DNA from: a virus | Lineage: Duplodnaviria > Caudoviricetes | IMG/VR virus record: IMGVR_UViG_3300047509_000095 | Location: 1 to 54,341 of that record | Strand: one strand, 5' to 3' | Length of the DNA: 54,341 nucleotides | Shown: positions 37,421-45,710 of the stretch, piece by piece | Position numbering within the stretch: the first letter of the stretch is position 1 | Layout: the number at the start of each line of letters is the position of its first letter | Notes under the pieces: model-generated | Told to the model about the DNA's origin: nothing | What the model saw: the letters and a program-made list of their open reading frames with translations, nothing else | Database searches by the model: none | Position numbers and translations under genes: made by a program

Positions 37421-38019
37421 TCTCGCCCGCCGTCTGCGCGCAACTGAGCGCTGATATCTACGGGGGCAAGGACTTCGGCAAGATGTGGACAATCGGTGGC
37501 GTGGTGATCGGCCTGAAGCGCGTCGACGGCTTCGATGTGCTGGCGCTGCGCGGCTCGCTGACGGTCGAGGACTGGATGCGCGATTTTGAAGTGCTGCCGG
37601 TGTGGCACTCGGGTTTGGGCTTTGTGCACGGCGGGTTCTTGGAGGACATGGACGAGGTGTACGCCACGGTGTCCGCCGTGGTCGGCCCGAACGTCGTCAC
37701 GACGGGGCACAGCCTTGGTGGCGCGCGTGCGCGTATCTTGGCGGCGATGTTTGCCGTGGCGGGCAAGCCGGTGTCGATGGTCTGCGTGTTCGGGTCGCCC
37801 AAGCCGGGATTCGAGAACCTGGCCCGCGTGATCCAGAAAAGCGGCACGGTGCACCTGTCGTACCGCAACCGGCGCGACGTGGTGCCACTGGTGCCGATGG
37901 CGCCGTGGTGGGCGCATCCGGAAGACTGGACAGTATGCGACGCGGCCCCGAGCGCTGACAATCTGGAAGCGCTGCGGGACCACTCGTCGGCGCTCTACGT
38001 CCAGGCGCTCAACAAGTAG
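37417..38019 (+). CDS. Class 3 lipase (alpha/beta hydrolase)
   Basis: LRGS...DW, VHGGF, TGHSLGGA nucleophile elbow, FGSPK, DVVP.VP, C-terminal DH...Y. Confidence 0.9.
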   Translation: MISPAVCAQLSADIYGGKDFGKMWTIGGVVIGLKRVDGFDVLALRGSLTVEDWMRDFEVLPVWHSGLGFVHGGFLEDMDEVYATVSAVVGPNVVTTGHSLGGARARILAAMFAVAGKPVSMVCVFGSPKPGFENLARVIQKSGTVHLSYRNRRDVVPLVPMAPWWAHPEDWTVCDAAPSADNLEALRDHSSALYVQALNK

Positions 38020-38117
38020 AGAATGAACCCAAGGGCACAGACAGCGGCCACGATCCAGTTATCGACGGCGTTGTCCTCGGGTGTTTGCTGCCACTCGGCG
38101 GGGTCTTCGGGGATCAT
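37995..38117 (-). CDS. Small membrane protein (40 aa; not in the ORF track)
   Basis: MIPEDPAEWQQTPEDNAVDNWIVAAVCALGFILYLLSAWT; ATGA-coupled to the upstream gene. Confidence 0.5.
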   Translation of the reverse strand: MIPEDPAEWQQTPEDNAVDNWIVAAVCALGFILYLLSAWT

Positions 38118-38380
38118 GTCGCACTACCTTTCAGGGCGTGGATATTAGCGGCGAAGTCATGCAACCATTGCGCCGATGTTTTAATGTATCCGCACTCGTC
38201 ACACGAAGCCGTGCCGCCTTCGGGGAAGGCATCTTCGATTTGGTCGAACGTTAGTGGCGCATGCGCTAGGTACAGAGGGGTATCGTAAAAGCAGGTTTGC
38301 TCGGTATTCGCTGACCGCAGATATCCACGCGTGCGCATTCCTTTTAAATCTTCGGCGTTGACCCACATAACGGCTTCCAT
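38114..38380 (-). CDS. Hypothetical protein (about 88 aa)
   Basis: GGAGG RBS; TGATG coupling. Confidence 0.6.
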   Translation of the reverse strand: MEAVMWVNAEDLKGMRTRGYLRSANTEQTCFYDTPLYLAHAPLTFDQIEDAFPEGGTASCDECGYIKTSAQWLHDFAANIHALKGSAT

Positions 38381-38931
38381 CAAAACCTCCGTTGTAATTG
38401 CAACCCGATAGCAGCTGGTGTCGCGTGCCGTTCCCACTTCCCGCCGTCCGGGTCGTAACGCACGCTGCCCTTGATCGGCGGCAGGAACAGCAGCTGCGCA
38501 CCCCAGTCACGGCCAGACCAGCGCATCACGCCACCAGCAGCTGCGAACGCGTGCCCGTTGCGCATCGTCGCGTAGCCGTCGAGCGCGCCCGCTACCAGAC
38601 CGACATCGGCGCCCAGCACATGCACCGGCGTGTAACCCAGCATCGCGTACCGGCTGGGCGTGCCCAAGGAATTATTGTACCGGCCCGCCATCACGAACAG
38701 CTCGCCCCAGCGGCGCTCGACGCCAAGGCCGAAGTTGTTGCGGTTGTAGGACTGCTCGGCGTTGATGTGCACGCTGGTCGTGCTCACGTCGAGCCAGTTC
38801 TCGGCTGCGCGCGCGGGGGAACAAGCGAGCAAACCCATAAATACCAGAACGGAGGTGACCGCTACAGCGGCCCCCGAAGTAAGGAGAACTATGGCCGCCC
38901 AACTCCAAAATTTATCGAACTTAATCATCAC
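38380..38931 (-). CDS. Outer-membrane beta-barrel protein, PagP-like
   Basis: Signal peptide (..ARA|A), S.H...YNRNNFGLG.E, AG.YNNS, amphipathic strands, C-terminal GLQLQRRF. Confidence 0.6.
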   Translation of the reverse strand: MMIKFDKFWSWAAIVLLTSGAAVAVTSVLVFMGLLACSPARAAENWLDVSTTSVHINAEQSYNRNNFGLGVERRWGELFVMAGRYNNSLGTPSRYAMLGYTPVHVLGADVGLVAGALDGYATMRNGHAFAAAGGVMRWSGRDWGAQLLFLPPIKGSVRYDPDGGKWERHATPAAIGLQLQRRF

Positions 38932-39131
38932 GCTCTCCAGTAAATGTGCTCGGGGTTCGAGTCGATCGACTTGATCGCCTCGTTGATACGCGCCAGCGTA
39001 CAGCCGGCTTGCTTCATGGTTTCCTGTTCCAGTGCGGCGATGTTGTCGCTGCCCGGTGCGAGGGCGTCGAATATGCGCAGGATCTCAACGTCGCGCAGTT
39101 GCAGTTCGCGGGTCATGATGTTTGCCTCCAT
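38928..39131 (-). CDS. Hypothetical protein
   Basis: Packed operon with overlapping stops and starts; exact start uncertain. Confidence 0.55.
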   Translation of the reverse strand: MEANIMTRELQLRDVEILRIFDALAPGSDNIAALEQETMKQAGCTLARINEAIKSIDSNPEHIYWRA

Positions 39132-39301
39132 TTATCCAGCAACAGTTCTTTTTCGGTACGCTCGATCAGCCGGATATCGCGGATGGTGTCTTTGCGCCAG
39201 TACGGGAGCGCCTTTTCATACTGCTCCACAGTGCTGTAGGTCATCGTGTCTTCCCACCCGCCGAACACATTTTTAATTTGGAGGATCAACTTGGCGCTCA
39301 T
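39113..39301 (-). CDS. Hypothetical protein (62 aa, MSAKLILQIK...)
   Basis: ATGA overlap with the upstream gene. Confidence 0.55.
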   Translation of the reverse strand: MSAKLILQIKNVFGGWEDTMTYSTVEQYEKALPYWRKDTIRDIRLIERTEKELLLDKWRQTS

Positions 39302-39516
39302 GGGAAGCACCTTGGCGATCCGCCGCAGTAGGAATTTTCTGGATCGTATTCTTCTGGCTCGCACCTGATCTCGTAATCGCCGCCGCAGCACCCGCATATA
39401 CCCCACCAGTCCCCACGGACGCCGAGATACAGGCCTTCATAGTCGATCTCATCGTCGACCGGTGCTACTGGCGCCTGGTCCGCCATCCATCGTCCGAAGT
39501 CTTTCATGGCATGCAC
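39298..39516 (-). CDS. Small Cys-rich (Zn-finger-like) protein
   Basis: CGCCGGDYE...YDP.NSYCGGSPRCFP. Confidence 0.65.
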   Translation of the reverse strand: MHAMKDFGRWMADQAPVAPVDDEIDYEGLYLGVRGDWWGICGCCGGDYEIRCEPEEYDPENSYCGGSPRCFP

Positions 39517-39686
39517 TCCGGTGTGCGCCCACAGTACGACAGGGCGGGGTCAAACTTGGCGTGATCGAACCACAGCTCGTAGGCAGCGCCGCATGCGCGG
39601 CACCGCGCCCACCAGCCACCGTCTGGCGCCTCGTACGGCACTTGGTTGTCCCAGGCTTCCTGCTCGGCCTTCTCTTGGTCGTTCAT
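39504..39686 (-). CDS. Small Cys-rich (Zn-finger-like) protein, paralogue of the downstream gene
   Basis: CRACGAAYE...FDP.LSYCGRTPECMP. Confidence 0.65.
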   Translation of the reverse strand: MNDQEKAEQEAWDNQVPYEAPDGGWWARCRACGAAYELWFDHAKFDPALSYCGRTPECMP

Positions 39687-41128
39687 TTGATGCCCCTCCT
39701 TTTCATCGCTTCGAGTAATAAATCCTGAACTTCGCGCTTGCTGTCACGGCGCGCCATCACGATCTCGTCGACCGTGTCGCGCGCCACGATGTGGTAGACG
39801 AACACTGGGCGGTTGCGGCCTGCCTGCATCTGCCTAACACCACCGATACGTTCGATAAATTGGAGGAAGGTTTCAAGATTCCACCAATGCCCGAAAAACG
39901 CGCAGATATTGCAATGCTCCTGTAACCCGTCGACGCCGTGGCCGATGCTGTCCGGGTGTCCGAACCACACACGTCCTTCGCCCTTCTTCGCGCGCCGCAG
40001 GCCGTCAGGTGTAGCGATGTTAATTCCGTCCGGGAAGGCCCGCATCAGGCGCGCAAGATCCGGCTTGAAGTGGTAGGCCACCAGCACCGGCATACCGGCC
40101 GCTTCTTCGAGTACATCTTCGAGAGCCTGGATCTTTACATCGTGTACCTCGGCGAATTCCTTGTTGCTCCCGTTTATGAAAATCGCGCCGTTTGCCAATT
40201 GCAAACATTTTATTGTGCATGATGCCTGGTTGAAGGCTTCGACCTGGTTCTCCTTTATCTGCAAGAACATATCGCGTTCCATGTCATCGTAGAGCTTGCG
40301 CGCCTTACTCGGTAGATCAACATAAATCGTGTTGACGACTGGCGCCGCGATATCTTGATAATCCGCAATGTCTACGGTCAAACAGATGTCGCGCAGCAGG
40401 ATTTGCACCTCAGCCATAGCGTGCGGCAATACCTCGAAGCTGTAGCCGTCAAATGACTTCTTGAACCAGCGCGACATGAACGCGTCGTAGGATCGCCCCA
40501 GCCGCTGGCCGCCGTCCAGATACCAGATCTGGCCCCACAAGTCTTTAAGCCCGTTAGGGGATGGGGTGCCAGTCAGCTCGGTAATGCGGGGCTTGTATTT
40601 GTGAACCATCTTGGCGAGCGCCTTGGCGCGCGCGCCGCCTTGCCCTTGAATGTATTCCTTGCCGGATTTGCTCGTTCGTGCCGATACGCGCAATCCTTTT
40701 ATCTTCGTCGATTCGTCGGGCACGACATACCCGAATGGCCACTTGATACCCTCCTCGGATAAGGCAGTCTCAAGCCACGACAGGTTCTCGTAATTGATTG
40801 TGTACACGCTGTTGTTGCCAGCGCGGATCGATTGCATCAGTGCGCGGGTTCGGGTCTTAGGATCGCCGATAATCGGCATCACATCGATATGTCGCAGGTG
40901 ACTCCACTTGGCCGCCTCGTCGGGCCAGGTGCCCCCCGCCACGCGCAATGGGGCGCAGACAAGTGTCGGTGTGGTGATGACCCCGGCCATGAGCATATAG
41001 TCCAGTGCGGTGAGTACGCTCATTGTCTTGCCCAGCCCCATGCCGGCCCAGAGAGCGCAACGTGGCACGTCAATGATATGATTTATCATCGAGGGTTGCC
41101 ACGGACGCGGGACAAATTCAGTCGCCAT
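39683..41128 (-). CDS. SNF2-family helicase
   Basis: MGLGKT, INYE, DEST, LTGTPSPNG..DLW, GHGVDGLQ, ERI...RQ.Q.G. Confidence 0.9.
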   Translation of the reverse strand: MATEFVPRPWQPSMINHIIDVPRCALWAGMGLGKTMSVLTALDYMLMAGVITTPTLVCAPLRVAGGTWPDEAAKWSHLRHIDVMPIIGDPKTRTRALMQSIRAGNNSVYTINYENLSWLETALSEEGIKWPFGYVVPDESTKIKGLRVSARTSKSGKEYIQGQGGARAKALAKMVHKYKPRITELTGTPSPNGLKDLWGQIWYLDGGQRLGRSYDAFMSRWFKKSFDGYSFEVLPHAMAEVQILLRDICLTVDIADYQDIAAPVVNTIYVDLPSKARKLYDDMERDMFLQIKENQVEAFNQASCTIKCLQLANGAIFINGSNKEFAEVHDVKIQALEDVLEEAAGMPVLVAYHFKPDLARLMRAFPDGINIATPDGLRRAKKGEGRVWFGHPDSIGHGVDGLQEHCNICAFFGHWWNLETFLQFIERIGGVRQMQAGRNRPVFVYHIVARDTVDEIVMARRDSKREVQDLLLEAMKRRGIK

Positions 41129-41378
41129 CTTGCGCCCGGTTGATCGTGATGTAAGTCAGCAGCTCGGCTTCGCGTTCGTCGGCCGCCGGGGTATGTGCCG
41201 CTGGCACGAGCTGGTCGTTGATAAAACCGATCACCACGTCTAGCAGATCGCTTTGCGAGAATTCGTCGTAGCTGAGATCCTGGATATTGACAGACCACCC
41301 GACCAGCTTAAAACCGTTCGGAGTGCGCTCGATGCGCCCCGGCTTCGTGACGATGATCTGGCTGCGTGTCATACCCAC
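41118..41378 (-). CDS. Hypothetical protein
   Basis: Packed between VRR-NUC and helicase. Confidence 0.55.
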   Translation of the reverse strand: MGMTRSQIIVTKPGRIERTPNGFKLVGWSVNIQDLSYDEFSQSDLLDVVIGFINDQLVPAAHTPAADEREAELLTYITINRAQDGD

Positions 41379-41647
41379 CCCTTGTCCAGATAGTCGTCGA
41401 TTGCCTTCTTCGTGTTCAGCACCACCACTTCGACACCGTGAACGCGCAGGCGCGCATGCTCACGGGCCTGCTTCGCCGTGGCATCTTTGCGGGGGCGCTT
41501 CAGTTCGACCAGCACCACGCCCGTGAGGGGGAACGACACGAACCGATCCGGCGCACTGTTATGGCCGATCCATTTCATCTTGCGCGTGAAGCCGCCCATC
41601 GCCTCGACGCGCTCGACCAAGTAATCCTCGACGGTCGACTCACGCAT
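41369..41647 (-). CDS. VRR-NUC nuclease
   Basis: MRES.VE..L, PDR, VELKRP, Q.REH..L..G. Confidence 0.88.
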   Translation of the reverse strand: MRESTVEDYLVERVEAMGGFTRKMKWIGHNSAPDRFVSFPLTGVVLVELKRPRKDATAKQAREHARLRVHGVEVVVLNTKKAIDDYLDKGWV

Positions 41648-42089
41648 CGCGGAACCTCAACGCGGTGCAGTTCGCCGGATCTGGCCAGTACGAGCGTTGA
41701 TTCGCGGGTGCGGCTTCCACCGCCGTGTCATCGACCTCGTGGGCGCCACACGGGCAATGCCCGAAGAAGTAGGCGTGCAGCTGGTCCTCGACTGGCAAAG
41801 GGTCGTTCACAGGTGCGGGCGGCAATGTTTTCCGGTGGCGCGGTGAGTACACCGCGTCGGGCTCGCGCCCAAGGTGGAAGATCGGCGTTGGTGGTGAACC
41901 GCGGCCAGGCACGATGCAGAAGCCGCCGATGCAGATCTTGCCTTCACGGCGCAGCGCTCGCACATAGCTGCGGGCTGTGCTTGTCGTCACGCCGATATGT
42001 ACGGCGATCGTGCTGACCGTGGCAGGCAGAAGCTTTAAGGTGGCGCGCATCCCTTCCGCGCGCGCGGCGATCCTGTGCGAGTTTCTCAT
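41640..42089 (-). CDS. Winged-HTH DNA-binding protein
   Basis: TVSTIAVHIGVTTSTARSYVRALRREGKI. Confidence 0.65.
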   Translation of the reverse strand: MRNSHRIAARAEGMRATLKLLPATVSTIAVHIGVTTSTARSYVRALRREGKICIGGFCIVPGRGSPPTPIFHLGREPDAVYSPRHRKTLPPAPVNDPLPVEDQLHAYFFGHCPCGAHEVDDTAVEAAPANQRSYWPDPANCTALRFRDA

Positions 42090-42262
42090 GACCCGCCCCC
42101 GTTCATGATGAACCCGAGCAGGAAGGCCAGCAGACCGATCGCGATCCAGCAGCAAGCGATCAACAGGCCGGCGCACACGAACGGCGAACGAGGCGTCCAG
42201 GGGATCACGCGGCGAGAGATCGTCGGGATGACCGGGGTTACGCGTTTGCGGAAGATGTTCAT
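42086..42262 (-). CDS. Small membrane protein (58 aa; not in the ORF track)
   Basis: MNIFRKRVTP...FVCAGLLIACCWIAIGLLAFLLGFIM; ATGA overlaps at both ends. Confidence 0.55.
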   Translation of the reverse strand: MNIFRKRVTPVIPTISRRVIPWTPRSPFVCAGLLIACCWIAIGLLAFLLGFIMNGGGS

Positions 42263-42873
42263 ACAAAGCTCTCGAGAAGTGGGTGGTGGGCAAAGCTCGG
42301 GATCGGCGGCTTGGGTTCTTTTTCCGTATTGTGGTTGTAAGGTGAGATGACTCCGATGAAAAGGGGTTCGACCCGAATGCCGACGACACCCGGCGCTTTC
42401 GGGCCGTTTTGGTAGATGATTGGGCTTTCGTTCTTTTGCCCCAACAACACGGCTACCTTCTTGAACCGCGCGATCAGGTCAGCGCTATAGTCGCCCGGCT
42501 CACCGGACACAGATGACGGGATCACGCGCAGATAATCGGGGAATGTCCCTTCGACTGGCGTGAATGGGTAGGCGTCATTGCCGATGCAAAGTGACCAGTC
42601 GCCCGTGCCGTTGTCGTGAACGTAAAGCAGGTTAGGGTCTTTGGCAGTGACCAGCTCAACCTTGGCACGCGGGATAGTCAAGGTGATGACACCCTCGACC
42701 TGGTTCTCGCAAGGATAAGACAGGCACCCGGCAAGCGAGCCATCGGTAGCGACCAAGCGAGTCTCACCACTTGACGCGATGACGTGAACGCCATTCAGGT
42801 AATAGCGGATATCCTGATTAGCGGCAAGGACGCGTGCTGCGCGCAGGTAATCCCGTTTGATATTGATGCGCAT
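42259..42873 (-). CDS. DNA polymerase III beta-clamp-like protein (short)
   Basis: DIRYYLNGV, LVATDG, EGTFPDYLRVIP; 204 aa. Confidence 0.8.
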   Translation of the reverse strand: MRINIKRDYLRAARVLAANQDIRYYLNGVHVIASSGETRLVATDGSLAGCLSYPCENQVEGVITLTIPRAKVELVTAKDPNLLYVHDNGTGDWSLCIGNDAYPFTPVEGTFPDYLRVIPSSVSGEPGDYSADLIARFKKVAVLLGQKNESPIIYQNGPKAPGVVGIRVEPLFIGVISPYNHNTEKEPKPPIPSFAHHPLLESFV

Positions 42874-42877
42874 TGCG

Positions 42878-42988
42878 TTACCTCGTCGGATTGGTCTTCG
42901 ATTGGAAACCCCAACCCAGCGCGCGGCGCGCCTGGTCGGGGGTCATTGGGATCGGCTTAGGTGCCGGTGGTTGCTTGGGCGTGTTCAT
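42878..42988 (-). CDS. Small hypothetical protein (36 aa)
   Basis: AAGGA RBS; MNTPKQPPAPKPIPMTPDQARRALGWGF... fills the gap. Confidence 0.4.
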   Translation of the reverse strand: MNTPKQPPAPKPIPMTPDQARRALGWGFQSKTNPTR

Positions 42989-42992
42989 GGCA

Positions 42993-44234
42993 TCAATCCT
43001 TCACGAATTTACCGTCGACGACCTTGTACCAGACATCGGCATCCAGGTCTTCGCCGATGTAGCCGACGAGAAAGCGCATGCGCTTGCCATCGTGCCAAGG
43101 CGTGGCGATACACCCGCCTTCCGCAGCCTTGAACAAGTAGACACCGTTCGCGCACGCGATCACAGCATCCTTGCCGGTTGCGTCGATCCGGGCGGAGCCG
43201 CCGCTGCTGCCGATCTGGGCGTAGCCGCCGCTGCTGCCGATCCGGGCGGAGCCGCCGCTGCTGCCGATCTGGGCGTAGCCGCCGCTGCTGCCGATCTGGG
43301 CGTAGCCGCCGCTGCTGCCGATCCGGGCGGAGTCGCCGCTGCTGCCGATCTGGGCGGAGCCGCCGCTGCTGCCGATCCGGGCGGAGTCGCCGCTGCTGCC
43401 GATCTGGGCGGAGCCGCCGCTGCTGCCGATCTGGGCGTAGCCGCCGCTGCTGCCGATCTGGGCGGAGCCGCCGCTGCTGCCGATCCGGGCGGAGTCGCCG
43501 CTGCTGCCGATCTGGGCGGAGTCGCCGCTGCTGCCGATCTGGGCGGAGTCGCCGCTGCTGCCGATCTGGGCGGAGTCGCCGCTGCTGCCGATCCGGGCGG
43601 AGTCGCCGCTGCTGCCGATCTGGGCGGAGTCGCCGCTGCTGCCGATCTGGGCGGAGCCGCCGCTGCTGCCGATCCGGGCGGAGTCGCCGCTGCTGCCGAT
43701 CTGGGCGGAGCCGCCGCTGCTGCCGATCCGGGCGTAGCCGCCGCTGCTGCCGATCCGGGCGGAGTCGCCGCTGCTGCCGATCTGGGCGGAGCCGCCGCTG
43801 CTGCCGATCCGGGCGGAGTCGCCGCTGCTGCCGATCTGGGCGTCGTATTTATCAGAACAGAGATCACTTGCCGGCGTCTCGGCAGCGATCTTCGCGTAAC
43901 TGGAAGGGATCGTCACGAGCCACGCCTTGGCCACCATGTTGAATGCGACAGCGAACTCGCCACTGTAGACAACGTCACCAGCACGAAACTTGACCTTGCC
44001 CCCGATCCGTACGATGTCGGCCTCGTCAACGGACACGACCTGCCAGATGGCTTGGTCGTGGTCCTTGATATCGGACCAGTTACCCTCTGGCCACAGGATG
44101 CCATGCAACCCGTGACCGCATTCTGGCTTCGGGTTCCAGTCTGGGCACTCGACCCGACCGGACGCGGGCCACTGGAAACCGCCGTGTGCTTTGCCGTCCT
44201 TGTCGCTCGTGCGCAGGACCAGAACTTTTGCCAT
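42993..44234 (-). CDS. Protein with a 9-aa tandem repeat core A(Q/R)IGSSG(D/G)(S/Y)
   Basis: 413 aa; N-domain GFQWP..CPDW...ECGHGLHG; C-terminal D.DVWY motif; own promoter and RBS. Confidence 0.85.
   Translation of the reverse strand: MAKVLVLRTSDKDGKAHGGFQWPASGRVECPDWNPKPECGHGLHGILWPEGNWSDIKDHDQAIWQVVSVDEADIVRIGGKVKFRAGDVVYSGEFAVAFNMVAKAWLVTIPSSYAKIAAETPASDLCSDKYDAQIGSSGDSARIGSSGGSAQIGSSGDSARIGSSGGYARIGSSGGSAQIGSSGDSARIGSSGGSAQIGSSGDSAQIGSSGDSARIGSSGDSAQIGSSGDSAQIGSSGDSAQIGSSGDSARIGSSGGSAQIGSSGGYAQIGSSGGSAQIGSSGDSARIGSSGGSAQIGSSGDSARIGSSGGYAQIGSSGGYAQIGSSGGSARIGSSGGYAQIGSSGGSARIDATGKDAVIACANGVYLFKAAEGGCIATPWHDGKRMRFLVGYIGEDLDADVWYKVVDGKFVKD
43185..43841 (-). repeat. 27-bp tandem repeat, 24 full units plus a partial
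   Basis: Unit GCC C(A/G)G ATC GGC AGC AGC GGC G(A/G)C T(C/A)C on the minus strand. Confidence 0.95.
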
Positions 44235-44291
44235 TTTGATTGCCTCTGTTGTTGGGTTGTCGGTGGTTTAGCGGGCTCAGCCCGTAACCAC

Positions 44292-44320
44292 AATATAGCA
44301 AACGCTTTATTGATGCGCAA
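44292..44320 (-). promoter_or_regulatory. Sigma70-like promoter
   Basis: TTGCGC-17 nt-TATATT with extended -10 TG, in the intergenic gap after polA. Confidence 0.6.
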
Positions 44321-44332
44321 CAAGAATTTTGT

Positions 44333-45439
44333 TTATTTGTGGTATCGCGGGCCCTCGAACCCCTCAGCCGCGAGGGGTAGTCCTGCCGACCACTTCTTAT
44401 TCGCCGCCAAAAGCTTGCACAAACCACGAACAGAAAAGCGATCTTCGTCGGGTGTCTCGGTCAAGGCTTCATCGTGCACGGTGAGAACCATCTCGTAGCC
44501 GGCGGCTTCGATGTCAGGCATGTTGTAAGCCAGCACATCGCGCGCGATCCCTTGCGTACATTGCTCGAAAGTTTTCCCCCCGTAGGACTTGATACGGCAA
44601 TACTTCCGGTTGTACTGGTTCACGCCCATGTACGACCAACCGCCGTCCTTGTCCACCTGCGGCGACGGGTAGCACAGGAACCCGCCCGAGGGTAACTGGA
44701 TGCGCAGCCACGCGCCGTCGCGCCGGATCTTGAGCTTGCCATCGGCGAGCACGTAGGTAACCCCCGGCCGGTTGGTGGCCATCACCACGGCGTCGCCCAG
44801 CTCCTTCCACAGCGCCACGATGCGGGGGTGCGCCAGACGCCAGGCGCGCTTGAACACGTCGCACACGATGAACACTTCACGGGATAGGCCATACTGGGCG
44901 GCGTCCAGTTCCTCCTTGACGCGGTTCGCTTCCGTTTGCAGATCGGCGCCCTTCTTGATCCGCTTCTCGCTCGCGTCCCACACCTTACTGTGCAGCCATG
45001 ACAGAAACTTCTCGGCCTCGACCACCAGCTCGATCGGCAGGTCGGGCCACGCGTCGGCGGCCATTTGGTCCAGGTCGATGTTATAGGCGATGGCAAAGGT
45101 CACGAAGGCACCAACACCGCCCTGGTAGCCGAGGGCGAGTTCCTGTACCTTGCCCTTCTGGCGCTGGTCCTTCGTCACCATCCCAGGGTTTATCCCGAAC
45201 GAGTTCGCGTACGCAAGGCAGTACAGATCGAAACCCTTGCGGATCGCCTTGCCCTTCTCGTCGTGCCCGAGGATGGTGTCGTAATCCCGGAACGCTTGCA
45301 GCTTCCAGGACTCCCCGGCGAGCCACGCCTGCACACGGCCCTCGATGTTGGACAAGTCGGCCACCACTAGCTTCTTGCCCGGCGGCGCGATGATGCAGCC
45401 GCGCATTGCGCTTGCGGCTACTTCCATGACGTTATGCAT
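44333..45439 (-). CDS. polA: Family A DNA polymerase, C-terminal half (palm and fingers)
   Basis: Motif A DLSNIEGR, motif B RQKGKVQELALGYQ, motif C TVHDE. Start MHNVME is coupled to the HTH stop. Confidence 0.88.
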   Translation of the reverse strand: MHNVMEVAASAMRGCIIAPPGKKLVVADLSNIEGRVQAWLAGESWKLQAFRDYDTILGHDEKGKAIRKGFDLYCLAYANSFGINPGMVTKDQRQKGKVQELALGYQGGVGAFVTFAIAYNIDLDQMAADAWPDLPIELVVEAEKFLSWLHSKVWDASEKRIKKGADLQTEANRVKEELDAAQYGLSREVFIVCDVFKRAWRLAHPRIVALWKELGDAVVMATNRPGVTYVLADGKLKIRRDGAWLRIQLPSGGFLCYPSPQVDKDGGWSYMGVNQYNRKYCRIKSYGGKTFEQCTQGIARDVLAYNMPDIEAAGYEMVLTVHDEALTETPDEDRFSVRGLCKLLAANKKWSAGLPLAAEGFEGPRYHK

Positions 45440-45710
45440 TGAGCGTCTTCCGCATCGCTTTGGCAAGCGCATCCAGCGAGGTGCCGTAAGCTGCCGATAT
45501 GCGCATGACCATCTCGAACGACGGCACGTGCTTCTGGTTCTCAAGCCCCCACAAATACGATTTGGAGCACCGGATTTGTTGCGCACCATCGTCGAGTGTG
45601 TATCCTATCGACTCCCGAAGTGTCTTAATTACTTGGTGAAATGGGTAGTCGCCTTCGAGCTCGGCGCATTTCGGAAAGTAGAGCACTCCGTTTATTCGAA
45701 CTTCAGTCAT
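45432..45710 (-). CDS. XRE-family HTH protein inserted between the polA halves
   Basis: IKTLRESIGYTLDDGAQQIRCSKSYLWGLEN...PS......ISAAYGTSLD.L. Confidence 0.8.
   Translation of the reverse strand: MTEVRINGVLYFPKCAELEGDYPFHQVIKTLRESIGYTLDDGAQQIRCSKSYLWGLENQKHVPSFEMVMRISAAYGTSLDALAKAMRKTLNA

Noticed and set aside
43185-43841. CRISPR array
   Set aside because: The units are contiguous with no unique spacers and lie in frame in a protein. The DUF2800 nuclease is a normal replication-arm gene, not evidence of a cas locus.
42873-44498. 541-aa plus-strand ORF and other long frames over the repeat (43178..43942, 43160..43867)
   Set aside because: These are shadows of a stop-free GC-rich repeat. 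The 42993..44234 frame has the promoter, RBS and sensible flanking domains.
45437-45708. Group I intron in polA
   Set aside because: A U|...G| junction can be drawn, but the 272 nt are entirely occupied by an HTH ORF and I see no paired P7 core elements. Not formally excluded without an Infernal search.
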